Below, in pieces: positions 14,013 through 26,005 of a stretch of 44,561 nucleotides of DNA. Location: contig NW_024705439.1 of the NCBI RefSeq assembly GCF_018977255.1, positions 1 to 44,561 of the forward strand, given 5' to 3'. Both the position numbers and the translations under genes were made by a program. Within the stretch, counting starts at the first letter, position 1. Every line of letters starts with the position of its first letter. Source of the DNA: Callorhinchus milii. Its lineage: Eukaryota. The notes under the pieces are model-generated. The model saw only the letters and a program-made list of their open reading frames with translations. It had not been told where the DNA came from and did not search any database.

Positions 14013-14085
14013 ATGCGATCTACCCAGTGAGGGTTCAGCCCTGCATGTTGGATATCACCAGAAGGTGGGGGGGAGAGAGGTAAAT

Positions 14086-14434
14086 CTGAGGAGAGAGGGA
14101 ATGAGTGAACCCAGCCTGAGGAGAGAGGGAATGAGTGAGCCCAGCCTGAGGAGAGTGGGAATGAGTGAACCCAGCCTGAGGAGAGTGGGAATGAGTGAGC
14201 CCAGCCTGAGGAGAGAGGGAATGAGTGAGCCCAGCCTGAGGAGAGAGGGAATGAGTGAACCCAGCCTGAGGAGAGAGGGAATGAGTGAACCCAGCCTGAG
14301 GAGAGTGGGAATGAGTGAGCCCAGCCTGAGGAGAGTGGGAATGAGTGAGCCCAGCCTGAGGAGAGAGGGAATGAGTGAGCCCAGCCTGAGGAGAGTGGGA
14401 ATGAGTGAGCCCAGCCTGAGGAGAGAGGGAATGA
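14086..14434 (-). repeat. 30-bp minisatellite in inverted orientation, about 11.5 copies
   Basis: CTGAGGAGAG(A/T)GGGAATGAGTGA(G/A)CCCAGC is the reverse complement of the unit above. Confidence 0.98.
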
Positions 14435-14970
14435 ACATAGGAACATAGGAATTATTCCTACTCTCTGTTTTCTTCCCGTTAGCCACTCTTCAATCCATGC
14501 TAATATATTGCCTTTAACTCCATTAACCCTAATCTTGTGTAGCAGCCTTTTATGTGGCACCTTATCAAACGCCTTCTGAAAATCTAAATATACTACATCT
14601 ACTAGTTCCCCCCTATCTAACCTGCTTGTTACATCCTCAACTCTAAAAGATTTGTTAAGCATGACTTCCCTTTTGTAAAGCCATGTTGACGCTGCCTAAT
14701 CATGTTTTGGTCTTCTAAGTCCACTATGACATCCCTAATTAAGGACTCAAGAATTTTCCCTACCACTGAAGTCAGACTAACTGGTCTATAGTTCCCCATC
14801 TTTTCTCTCCCACCCTTCTTAAATAGTGGTATTATGTTTGCAATCTTCCAATCAATGGGAACCGTTCCAGAATCCAGAGAATTTTGGAAGGTCAAAGACA
14901 AGCCATCCACTGTCTCAGCCGCCACCTCTTTTAAAACCCTGGGATGCAGGCCATCAGGTCCAGGGGATTT
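14433..14970 (-). mobile_element. CR1 LINE reverse transcriptase fragment with tail repeat
   Basis: KSPGPDGLHPRVLKE, NYRPVSLTSVVGKILE, QHGFTKGKSCLTNLLE, VYLDFQKAFDKVPH; followed directly by TCCTATGTTCCTATGTTC. Confidence 0.92.
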
Positions 14971-15190
14971 GCTGGGCTCACTCATTCCCTCTCTCCTCAG
15001 GCTGGGCTCACTCATTCCCTCTCTCCTCAGGCTGGGCTCACTCATTCCCTCTCTCCTCAGGCTGGGCTCACTCATTCCCTCTCTCCTCAGGCTGGGCTCA
15101 CTCATTCCCTCTCTCCTCAGGCTGGGCTCACTCATTCCCTCTCTCCTCAGGCTGGGCTCACTCATTCCCTCTCTCCTCAGGCTGGGCTCA
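14971..15190 (+). repeat. 30-bp minisatellite, third array, about 7 copies
   Basis: Same unit, followed by the same flank as the first array. Confidence 0.98.
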
Positions 15191-15678
15191 GTCACTCAAT
15201 CCATGACTGTTTGTGTGACGCCTCTATGCACAATTGGCTGCCGATTTTTGTCCATAAAATATATAGTCAACTCACTTTACAGTGTATCCTGTGAAGCTAT
15301 TTGAAATGCCTCGAAGAAGTGATAATGCACTTATATCAAATGCAAGTATTATTATTGTATCACAGGAACGGGGCTAAGTTGGTCACTCATTCCTGGTAAT
15401 GGAGGCAGTCTTTTTGCCAAATTCCCTGAGGATCTGGATTCATGCTGAGTGAGCATTTAACTAGAACCCATGGAATAATCTGCACAATTCACCAGGAACT
15501 TGCAGCAAGTTATTACTGCAATATGCGATCTACCCAGTGAGGGTTCAGCCCTGCATGTTGGATATCACCAGAAGGTGGGGGGGAGAGAGGTAAATCCATG
15601 CCAGCCTTCCTGCTCCCTCTGCTCGGTGGGCACTGGCTGGCTCCATGTCCCTCCCAACCGGTCCACCCCACCTTCAGC

Positions 15679-16175
15679 CTGACTGAGGAGGGTGTGGGGC
15701 TGAGTGAGGAAGGTGGAGGGAGCTGGCTGAGGAGGATGTGGAGCTGAGTGAGGAAGGTGGAGGGAGCTGGCTGAGGAGAATGTGGAGCTGAGTGAGGAAG
15801 GTGGAGGGAGCTGACTGAGGAGGGTGTGGGGCTGAGTGAGGAAGGTGGAGGGAGCTGACTGAGGAGGGTGTGGGGCTGAGTGAGGAAGGTGGAGGGAGCT
15901 GACTGAGGAGGGTGTGGGGCTGAGTGAGGAAGGTGGAGGGAGCTGACTGAGGAGGATGTGGAGCTGAGTGAGGAAGGTGGAGGGAGCTGGCTGAGGAGGA
16001 TGTGGAGCTGAGTGAGGAAGGTGGAGGGAGCTGACTGAGGAGGATGTGGAGCTGAGTGAGGAAGGTGGAGGGAGCTGGCTGAGGAGGGTGTGGGGCTGAG
16101 TGAGGAAGGTGGAGGGAGCTGGCTGAGGAGGGTGTGGGCTGAGTGAGGAAGGTGGAGGGAGCTGGCTGAGGAGGG
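15679..16175 (+). repeat. 44-bp purine-rich minisatellite, about 11 copies
   Basis: Unit CTG(A/G)CTGAGGAGG(G/A)TGTGG(G/A)GCTGAGTGAGGAAGGTGGAGGGAG, starting at 15679, 15723 and so on. Confidence 0.95.
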
Positions 16176-16756
16176 CGGGGGACTGGGTGCAGGCCAATTT
16201 GATTTTGCTGTGCTGTAGGGTTTTGGAAAATTGCAACAGATTTTCACGCGTGTGAAAGTATTATTATGAAGTAGAGATTTGCCCTCGAAACTCTGGAAAC
16301 ACTCCCTCCTCTATCCTTCCGCCTCGCCCCGCCTTTCTCTTTGACTTTGAGGAGATTGCTAATGGAGCAATGCCTTTGGCAGGAGGCATTGTGGAGTTGG
16401 TGCCGTTTTAACCTGAAACTGAAGATGTGTTAAAGCGCTGACAGACTTGGCAGATCATGTTCGCTATGCTGTGTTAGGACTCAAAACATTCCTCCTACAG
16501 CTGCACATAACAACCAGTGGAAATAGACCGCGTCAGCTCCATGATCAAGGTGTTTGTGTTTGTCAGAGGGTCAGCCTGTGAGGAGAAAGCAAGGCTTTGG
16601 CTGTTCTCTCCAATGCCATGTCTTCGATGTCTTCTAATGAGGAGAGTGAGCATTACTGCATTGCTGCCTGCTGCCAGTGTAACCGTGCTGAGCTAACTGT
16701 GGGAACCTCTGATGCTGTTGCCGATGGAATAGTAAATGTGCTGCAGATGAAGGCAC

Positions 16757-17114
16757 ATAATAATAATCTTTGCATTTGATATAGCACTATATCAGGTCTT
16801 CGAGACGTCTCAAAAGTGCTTCACACAATATACTGTAAAGTGAATTGACTATGTAGTGTATGTGGTGCATAATGCAGCCAATTGCAGCAGTGTCCCACAA
16901 ACAGTCGTGGATTGAGAGACCAATTTTTTTTAAGGGCTTATTATTCCCAGAAATCGATCCACCAATCGACTAACAATCAGGTTCCTACTTATTGCTGAAA
17001 AACAAAGATGTGTGGTGAAAGGAAACTTGCCCAACGTTTTGTCCTGCCCAGGAATTGAACCCAGGTCATCTCGCTTGCGAGGCGAGTGCTGTGACAACTG
17101 CACTACAGGACTCC
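16757..17114 (-). mobile_element. tRNA-derived SINE, full length
   Basis: Minus-strand GGAGTCCTGTAG head, B box GGTTCAATTCC, core and ATT tail. Confidence 0.85.
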
Positions 17115-17214
17115 ATGTCCTACAAGAACAAATACATGTACTATATTTGTATATAGTATTCTTCAAGTGAGCAGTGTCTCGGAGTGGTTAACAGTGGTAT
17201 AGCTTAACGCTGAA

Positions 17215-18230
17215 TTGGGGCAGAGGTGAGATCACTAAAAGCAGGATCAAAGTGGACGTTCTCCAGGGGTGGGGCAAAGCAAAGGGATTGAAGCAGAGAG
17301 TTCCAGAGTTTCGGGGCATAGTGGGTGAAAACACAGTCACTGATGGTGGAGTAGCGGGGACAAGGGCGGTAGGTAGCAGGCTGGAGCCAGCTCGTGTAAG
17401 CGGGTCGGGAGGTGTCAGGGCACAAATTGATTTTTAAGTAAATGTGAGGATCTTGAAATCGCTCACTTCTGCGATATGGAGCTAGTAGAGCCTGGCAAGG
17501 ACTGGGATGATGGGGTTATGGGTACAGAGCCTGGTACGTGCGAGAATGTTGATGGTGGAGTTCTGGCTCAGTTGGATTTTGTGGGTGTTGGAGACCGGTC
17601 AGGGGGGCATTGGGACAATCAAAACAGAAGGTAACGAAAGCATAAATGAGGGGTTCTGCTGTGTTGGGTGTGAGGTACAGTCGGAGGCGGGCAATGTGGG
17701 GGAGGTGGAGGAAGGCAGTCCTGCTCAGGAACAGGTAGGACAGCTGTGGGTCGAACCTGACGCCCAGGTTACGTACAGGTTGAGTAAGTCTGAGGGATAG
17801 ACACGGGAAGTTGAGGAGCTCAGAGCTACAGGACAGAAGATGTTGATGGGAGCCAAGGAGGAATCAACATTCAGCTGCAGACAGTTGGTGGTCATCCGGG
17901 CCCTGATGTCTGACGTGCACGAGGTCAGAACATCAATGGACCGGGAGTCTTGTCTGGAGGAGTGGTAGATTGGGTATCATCCACATATGTATGGAAGTTG
18001 ACCTCATGTCTATGGATTATATCACTGAGAGAGCACGTAAATGAGGAAAAGAAGGGGGCCAGGGATGGAGTACACAGCAGGTCACCGTGAGGGCGGTGGG
18101 AGGAGAAACCTGGAGACATAGTAGTGGTGGTGCGTCAAGTAGGACTCTATGCAGGAGAGTGTGGCCCACTGTGGTGGATGAGGGGGAGAGTGCAGTCAGG
18201 AGATGGATGAGGGAGGAGAGGTGGTCAAGG
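17215..18230 (-). mobile_element. Degenerate L2 RT/3' fragment
   Basis: HEVNFHTYVDDTQ and APKLWNSL motifs. Confidence 0.75.
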
Positions 18231-19302
18231 AAGGAAGGGGTATCAAGGTGTATTGGGCAAGGGCGGGCAATCAGAGTTGATACCGTGATCTTATAGAATG
18301 ATGGAACAGGCTCGAGGGGCTGTGATGCTGTGACCTGGCTCTCTGCTTTCAGAACTGCCCTGTTTGACCGTGTCTGTTTGAAGCAAACAGCTTTCCTTTA
18401 TACTTCATTTATTTAAACAATTCTCTGCCCTGCATATGTACGCAGTTTGACAAGTCTGTACAAGTACAGTGTGCAGGCAATAGAACCAGTGATGTTTCTC
18501 AATTGATGCACATTTTGCAGGGAGCCAGTTACTGCAAGTAAAGTAATCACAATAAATAATGATTGGATTTGTTACAGCAGCTTTTTTGTTGGCAATCTCA
18601 AGGCGCTTCACAGGATTTACTGTAATGCTGTAACTGAGGGTATAGGCAGCCAACATACGCTTAGCCATGTCACGCAAACAGGCATGACGTGAATGACTGG
18701 GTGACTATTGGCCAAGACAGAATAATTATCCTTGCATTTGGGAAGCCTTATCACATCTTCAAGAAATTTCAACAACAAAAAATTACATTTGTATAGCGCC
18801 TTTCAAGTCTGAAAGTGTTTCACAAAATATACTGCAAAGTGAAAGGCAAAATACTGCATATGCTAGAAATCTATATTAAAAAGACAAAATGTCTGCCTGT
18901 CCACCAAGAACGCAATAACAACAACAACAAGATTACATTTGTATAGGGTCTTTCACATCGGGAGGATGTCCCAAGGTGCTGGGTAACCGATTAATAACCG
19001 ATTGACGTATAGACATGATCGGAAAGATCTTGCATAGGGGAGTGTCATGAGCATATTTTTTGGGGGGGGAGTTTCCTCTCGTTCATGAGCTATATTGAAA
19101 AATGCATTAATTAAGCCCCCAAAAAGGTATGAATGGTATTCTGCAATAAAGCAGTGACAGAGGTAAGATACATCTATACTAATAAAGAGAAAATGTAACG
19201 TGAATTGGCTGTATATTTTTGTGAACACAAGGAGAAACTCCGTTTTTTGAATAGTACAGTGGTATTCTTTAACATCCACTTCCACAGGCAGACAGGATCT
19301 CT

Positions 19303-21110
19303 TCCAACAACAACAAAATTACATTTATATAGCAGCTTTCCCATCGGAAGGATGTCCCAAGGCGCTGGACAGACAGAATTATAGACCCGTGTTGAGTGTC
19401 GGGGTGGGGAGGGTGAGGCAGGGAGATCGAAAGCATGGTCGAAAAGGAGGGTCTTGAGATGAGTCTTGAAGGTGGCGAGGGAGGGGGTGAGATGGAGGGA
19501 TTGTGGGATGGAGTTCCAAAGGGTGGGTGCAGAGTGGCGGAAGGCCTGCACACCGATAGTGGGGCGAGCAAGGTGGGGGACGTGAAGTATCCAGGACTTG
19601 ATGTCTGACAGACATTCTGTCAGCACAGCAATGGTCCTGGTATCAAGGGCGGAGGCAGAGTGATAGAGTTGGGTGTCATCCGCATACATGTGGAAGTTGA
19701 CCCCATGTCTGTGGATGATGTCACCAAGAGGTATAGATGTTGAAGAGGAGGGGACAAGGACAGAGCCCTGAGGAACACCACGCGAGATGGTCCGGGGGTG
19801 AGAGGAGAAGTCGTTTGAGGAGGTAAAGTGCAAGCGGTGTGAGAGGTACGATCTGAACCAATCAAGGTCAGCAACATGGACGTTGAGGTGAGAGGAGAGG
19901 CGGTGGATGAGGATAGAGTGGTTGGCGCTGTCGAAAGCAGCAGAGAGGTTTGCAAACGGCTTCTCTTCCAGTCCCTGTCTCGTGGGGCATTCCTCAGGAC
20001 TCTGTCCTCAGTCCCCTCCTCTTCACCCTCTACATGCTCTCCCTTGGTGACATCACCCGCAGACATGGGGTAAATTTCCACATGTATGTGGATGACACCC
20101 AACTCTATCTCTCTGCCTTCACCTTCAACCCCAGGACCACTGGCGTCCTTTCCCCCCACATCCGCGCCATGACTAGCACTGCCTACCACCACCTCCGCAA
20201 CATTGCCAGACTCTGCCACTGCCTCACCTCTCAGGCTGGCGAAACCCTCACCCACACATTCGTCACATCAAGGCTCGATTACGGGAACTCCCTCCTCTAC
20301 GGCCTTCCCAACTCCTCCCTTCACAACCTGCAGATCATCCAAAACTCTGCAGCTTATGTACTCTCGCGCACCAGGGCTCCGTGACCCCATCACTCCCACA
20401 CTCGCCCGACTCCATTGGCTCCCATTCCCCAGAGGATCAAGTTCAAGATCCTCGTCCTCACTTTCAAGGCAATCCATGGCCTCGCCCCCTCCTACCTCTC
20501 TGACCTGCTGACTCCCTACCAACCTGCCCACTCCCTTCGTTCAATGGGCTCTGGCCTGCTCCATGTCGCCCACCCGACCTGCTCTACCATCGATGGCCGG
20601 GCTTTCAGTCTCTCTGCCCCCACATTCTGGAACTCCATCCCACAGATGCCTTCGCCTCACTTCCTCTATTGCCTCCTTCAAGGCCGGTCTCAAGACCTTC
20701 CTCTTCGATCGTGCCTTCAGTCACCCTCCCACCTCTCTGCCTTCCCTTATCCCTTGCTTGAGTCCTGACCCCTGACTGTCCAGCGCCTCGGGACGTCCTC
20801 CTGATGTGAAAGGCGCTCTATAAATGTAATTTTGTTGTTGTTGAGGTCGAGGAGGCCGAGGGAGCCCTGGTCGCAGATTGACAGGATGTCATTTATCACT
20901 TTGACCGGGGCTGTTTCTGTGCTGTGGGCGGCACGGAAACCCGATTGGAGGGGTTCGTGAAGGGAGTAGTGGGAAAGGAAGGAGCAAAGCTGAGAAGCAA
21001 CAACTCGTTCCAGGACCTTGGAGGGGAAGGAGAGTTTGGCGGTGGGATGGTAGTTAGGGAGTAGAGAAGAGTCCAGGAGATGAGAGTGTGAGACTTGTTG
21101 AAAGTGGGAA
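19303..21110 (-). mobile_element. L2 RT-to-3' fragment interrupted by a nested plus-strand L2
   Basis: QSGFRAAHSTETA...DQGSLGLLDL (20843-21110) continues as SAAFD...GVPQGSVL...MYADDTQLY (below 19950); TTG tail near 19303. Confidence 0.85.
19950..20842 (+). mobile_element. Nested L2 3' fragment with GAGGT target-site duplication
   Basis: [36 protein letters not shown], (TTG)n tail; GAGGT at 19945-19949 and 20843-20847. Confidence 0.88.
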
Positions 21111-21764
21111 GGACCAATGTGCAAAGGAGATTCTTTGAGGAAGTGACATAATTGACTACGAATGCTGTATGTCTCAGAGTTGCCTTTCGTCATCCTTTTC
21201 CTCAAGGCCTTTGCAAACACAATGTTGGTGTCTGACTTCATCACAGGCACATTGCCAATTGGGGCCAACCCAGCCAATACTGCTTTAAGCTGCTTTAGGT
21301 GTGGTGCAGGTGTCGCAGCTGCGACGCAGGCTCTGATTGCTTGTTATCATTAGCTGGAATAGTTGCAACTCAACATTCAAATATTGGCTGCCACAGTGTG
21401 CCACGTTAGCCCTGATCTCAGCAAAATCTACCGGGGTGGGGCTGTGGGCAGGGAGGGTGTGATGTTTTTTAATTCTTGGAAAAAGGAGTGAAAGGATAGC
21501 CAAGATGGACAGATCTCGGTTTCTGAAATGCTTCACACAGATTTCAGTATGAAGTAAGTTTTTCTACCTATAAGCCACGTGGATTCTGAGCAGTATGAAC
21601 CAGTGACCTTTGTAGACGTCTCTGGCAGTATTGTATGTCCCTGATCAGTTACAGTGCTGAGTGCTGGCTTCCTGAAGCTCAACAACCTCTCCCGCAGGCT
21701 GGCAAGTGGTTCCTTCCCAACTCAGTGTTTGGGAGATCTAAACCTCCCTTAACCCCATGAATAT

Positions 21765-22250
21765 AAGAATGTAAGAATTTGCTGGCGAAAGAAGACCAAG
21801 GTCCATCTAGTTCGCCTTACACCATCCTGGCAGTCACTTGACATGTTGTGTCCCAAACTAATAATAATATAAACTATAAATTGTATCCTCATGTTATTTT
21901 CTAGTAGAAAATAGCCTGTTCCATACGTTTCAGAGCCTGTTCCATAGGTTTACTACTCGCTCTGCAGATTTGTTCTGAATTTATCCCCCTTCAATTGCAG
22001 GCCGTACCCTCTGGTTCTACTATTCAGTAGAAGAGAAAACAGCTTATCATGGTTTACATTATCTATTCCCTTGTTTCCCTTCTTAAAGCCCCTTAACCTT
22101 CTCTTCTCCTGTGCGAGCATTCCCAGTTTACTTAATCGCTCCTTGTAGTCCAGTCCCCCCATCCTCTCAGTCATTCTAGTTGCCGTCCTCTGTATCTTCT
22201 TAATCACTGCAATATTATATTGAGGTGACCAGAACGGCACACAGTATTCC
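21765..22250 (-). mobile_element. CR1-like LINE 3' fragment, second subfamily
   Basis: EYCVPFWSPQY, IQRTATRM, LEKRRLRG-like and TRGY...LKGDKFRTN motifs. Related pieces at about 22985-23130 and 26003-26460. Confidence 0.8.
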
Positions 22251-22371
22251 AAATATTAATTGTAATATCTCCTGAAGTTTCACTTCCCAGTATTTTAGCA
22301 CTGCTGTTTTTCTCTCCAGTGACATCTATCTCTCTGTTCCTGGTTAGTTGCCTTTCTGTTCCTGTTCTTGA

Positions 22372-22617
22372 GGAGTCCTGTAGCTCAGTGGTTAGAGCTG
22401 AGACATCTGGGTTCAATTCCAGGCAGAGGGCCAAACCTTGGGCAAGTTTCCAGTCATTTTCAACCCATGACTGTTTGTGGGACATTGCTGTACGCAATTG
22501 GCTGCCGCGTTTGCCCACAAATATACAGTCAATTCACTTTACTGCATATTCTGTGAAGCTCTTTGAGACGTCTCGAAGACTTAAAAATGCTATATCAAAT
22601 GCAAGGATTATTATTAT
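22372..22617 (+). mobile_element. tRNA-derived SINE, internally deleted
   Basis: A box TAGCTCAGTGG, B box GGTTCAATTCC, core, GCAAGG(ATT)n tail. Confidence 0.87.
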
Positions 22618-23219
22618 AGTTGCTCTCTGCTCACTGCTGGTAATACAATCAATCTTTCCCTCTTCCGCACCATCTCTCTCCCCTTCACAATTGTTGTCAT
22701 TGTCTATCCCCATCCCCTCAAAAAAAACAACCTTGATCCCGCTAAACTAGCCAACTACTGGCCTATCTCCAACCTTACTATTGCTATGAAAACAATGCAT
22801 TGTTGCCACCCAGCTTTCCCTCCTCTCCCTGCTCGATCCCCTGCAGTCCAACAGCAACAATTATATAGCACCACCCTTCATGCGGATTGACGTCTTGGAG
22901 TGCTTAACTGTGGCGGAGCTTGACAACGAGTCGAGGAGGGAGGGAGCAGCTGAGTTTCCACCCTGCCTACTGAGATGACCCTAAGAACATAGGAATTTGC
23001 TGGCGAAAGAAGCCCAAGGTCCATCTAATTCACCTTCCCCATCCTGGCAGTCGCTTGACATGTCATGTCCCAAACTATACTATATCCCGAGATATTATTT
23101 TCTAGCAGAAATCTATCTAATTCTTGAAACAAGTGCGCACAGCAATGTCCCACAAACAGTCGTGGATTGAAAATGACCAATTTATTATTGTTTTGTTTTT
23201 TGGAGGGATTATTATTCGG

Positions 23220-26005
23220 CGTGTGGAGCATATAGGAGGATACAATGCAGTAGCAGTAACAGAGACTTGGCTCAAACAAGGATAGGAATGGGAACTGAAT
23301 ATTCCTGGCCATAATGTATGCAGGAGGGAGAGGGAAGGATAAAAAGGAGGAGGTGTGGCAATGTTAATCGAGGATACAGTTATGGCCGTGGAAAGGGTAG
23401 AGGCGCTGGAGGGCCCCAACACGGAATATATCCGGTTAGAGTTAAGGAACAAAAAAGGAGCTGTTACGCTGGAGGGGTGTACTATAGACCACCAAATAGT
23501 GGGAAGGAAATAGATGAGCAGATCTTTAAGCAGATCTCAGGCCAATAGAGTCGCGATAATGGGGGACTTTAACTATCCCAACATAGACTGGCAAAACAAC
23601 AGCGCAAAGGGCAAGGAGGGGGAAAGATTCCTAAAATGCATACAGGACAACTTTCTTGATCAGTACGTTTCCAGCCGAATGAGGAAGGAGGCAGTGCTGG
23701 ATCTAGTTCTGGGGGATGAAGTAGGGCAAGTGGAGTAGGTTTCAGTGGGAGAGCGTCCGGCAATAGTGATCACAACATCATTAGATTCAGAGTGCACATG
23801 GAAAGAGACAAGGAACCATCTGAGGTGAAGATACTCAACTGGAAGAGGGCAAATTTCAGTGAGTTAAAAAGGGACCGAGCCAAGGCGGACTGGAAAGAAA
23901 GATTGGCAGGTAAACAGCTAAAGTGGGAGCAGTGGGAAGTCTTCAAGGATGAGATCGCTCGGGGACAGAATAAATACATTCCCACAAAAGGGAAAAGTAG
24001 GGCATCCAAACCTCCGTGGATGACAAAGGTAATTGTATCGAGAATGAAGCAGAAAAAGGAGGCGTATGACAAATGTCAAACCCAAGAGAGAAGACAACCA
24101 AATAGAATATAGGAAGTGCAGAAGAGGTTTGAAAAAGGAAATAAGAGGCAAAAAGATGATACGAAAAAAGGTTAGCGGGTAACATTACAGGGAACTCTAA
24201 AATACTTTACAAACATATCAAGNAAAAAAGGCTAATCAAAGGTAGGGTGGGGCCGATTAAGGACCAAGGGGGAAATCTTATTGTGGAGGCGGAGGGCAAT
24301 GGCTGATGTACTGAATGAGTACTTTGCATCTGTCTTCACAAAAGAAGTGGATGCACCAAATGCCGCAGTATCGGAGGAGAGGGCAAAGGAAATGGAGAGG
24401 ATAAGTATAAACAGAGAGGAAGTACTGAAAAGGTTGACTGCGCTGAAGGTGATAAGTCGCCCGGTCCGGACGGGATGCAGCCGAGGTTACTATGGGAGGG
24501 ACGGGTACAAATAGCGGAGGCTTTGGCTGTAGTTTTTCAGTCTTTGTTGGACACGGGAGTGGTGCCAAAGGACTGGAGAGTGGCCAATGTGACTCTCCTG
24601 TACAAAAAGGGGCAGAAGGACAAACCGGGAACTCCAGGCCAGTCAGCCTCACATCAGTCGTGGGGAAACTCCTGGAGACTATAATCCGGGACAGAATAAA
24701 TCTTCACTTAGAAGAATATGGGTTAATGAGGGACAGCCGCACGGATTTGTTAAAGGCAAACCTTGTCTAACAAATCTAATAGAATTGTTTGATGAGGTAA
24801 CGGAGAGAGTGGATAAAGGGAGTGCAGTTGATGAAGTTTATATGGACTTTCAAAAGGCATTTGACAAAGTGCCACATGAAAGACTTGTAAGAAAGATAGA
24901 AGCCCACAGTATAAAAGGGACAGTGGCAGCGGATCCCGAACTCACTGGGAGACAGAGAGCAGAGAATTGAGGTGAACGGCTGCTTTTCTGACTGGAGGGA
25001 AGTGTACAGTGGTGTCCCCCAGGGATCAGAATTAGGACCACTGCTCTTAATATACATAAATGACCTGGACTTGGGTATAGCAAGTACCATCTCCAAGTTT
25101 GTGGACGACACAAAGTTAAGGAGGGGGTAAACAGTGAGAAGGGTAGGAGCCGACTGCAGGAAGACATAGACAGATGGTAAAATGGGCGACACGTGGCAGA
25201 GGAGTTTCAATGTGGAGAAATGCGGGAAATGCATTTTGGTAGAAAGAATGAGGGGCAATATAGGCTGATAATACAATCTTAAGGGGGGGGCGAAGGAACA
25301 GAGAGACCTGGGGGGCAGGTAACTGAATCCTTGAAGGTGGCAGCACAGGGAGATAAGGCTGTAAAAAGGGCATATGGGATACTGGGCTTTATAAATAGGG
25401 GCACAGAGTACAAGAGTCAGGAGGTGATGATTAACCCATATAAACACTGGTTAGGCCTCAGTTAGAATACTGCCCCAGTTCTGGGCCCCACACTATAGGA
25501 AGGATGTTAAGGCATTGGAAAGGGCGCAGAGGAGATTTACAAGAACGGGACCAGGAATGGGGACCGTGATGATGAGGAAAGGCTCGAGAGGTGAGGATTA
25601 TTCTCATTGGAGCAGAGAAGGTTACGAGGACCTCATAGAGGGCTTCAAAATCATGAGGGGATTTGATGGGTTAGAAAGGGAAAAACTGTTTCCACTGGTG
25701 GGAGTGTCGGTGACTCGAGGTCACAGATTCAAAATAGTTTCTAAAAGAAGCTGAGGGAAGGGGAGAAGACTTTTCTTCACGAGTTGTTCGAATCTGGAAC
25801 GCATCGCCTGAAAGGGCGGTGGAGGCCAATTCAATAACAACTTTTTAAAATGTGGTGGACGGGTATTTGAGGAGGACGGGTTTGCAGGTTATGGGGAAAG
25901 GGCCGGAGAGTGGGATTGACATTTCATTGCTCTTTTCAAAAAGCCGGTACAGACTCGATGGGCCGAATGGCCTCTTTTTGTGCTGCACAATTCTATGAAT
26001 TCTAC
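23220..26005 (+). mobile_element. CR1 LINE, near-complete decayed ORF2 and 3' UTR
   Basis: [79 protein letters not shown]; 3' end GATGGGCCGAATGGCCT...TTCTATG; many frameshifts; single N at 24223. Confidence 0.94.

Noticed and set aside
12753..16247. Long repetitive ORFs (SSGWAHSFPL, EPSLRREGMS, LLSQLPPPSS)
   Set aside because: They are stop-poor frames of the 30-bp and 44-bp minisatellites; some cross the N gap or run into CR1 sequence.
21162..21309. Possible STIM1 exon 1 inside the spacer (ATG, mildly hydrophobic start, phase-1 CAG/GT)
   Set aside because: The donor GTGTCG is poor, there is no recognisable similarity to STIM1 signal peptides and no CpG-rich promoter. An invertible-promoter model between the two arms is therefore unsupported.
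22372..22430. tRNA genes at SINE heads (also near 9100, 17050, 27100, 30153)
   Set aside because: A/B boxes are present but the cloverleafs are degenerate and run into SINE body sequence.
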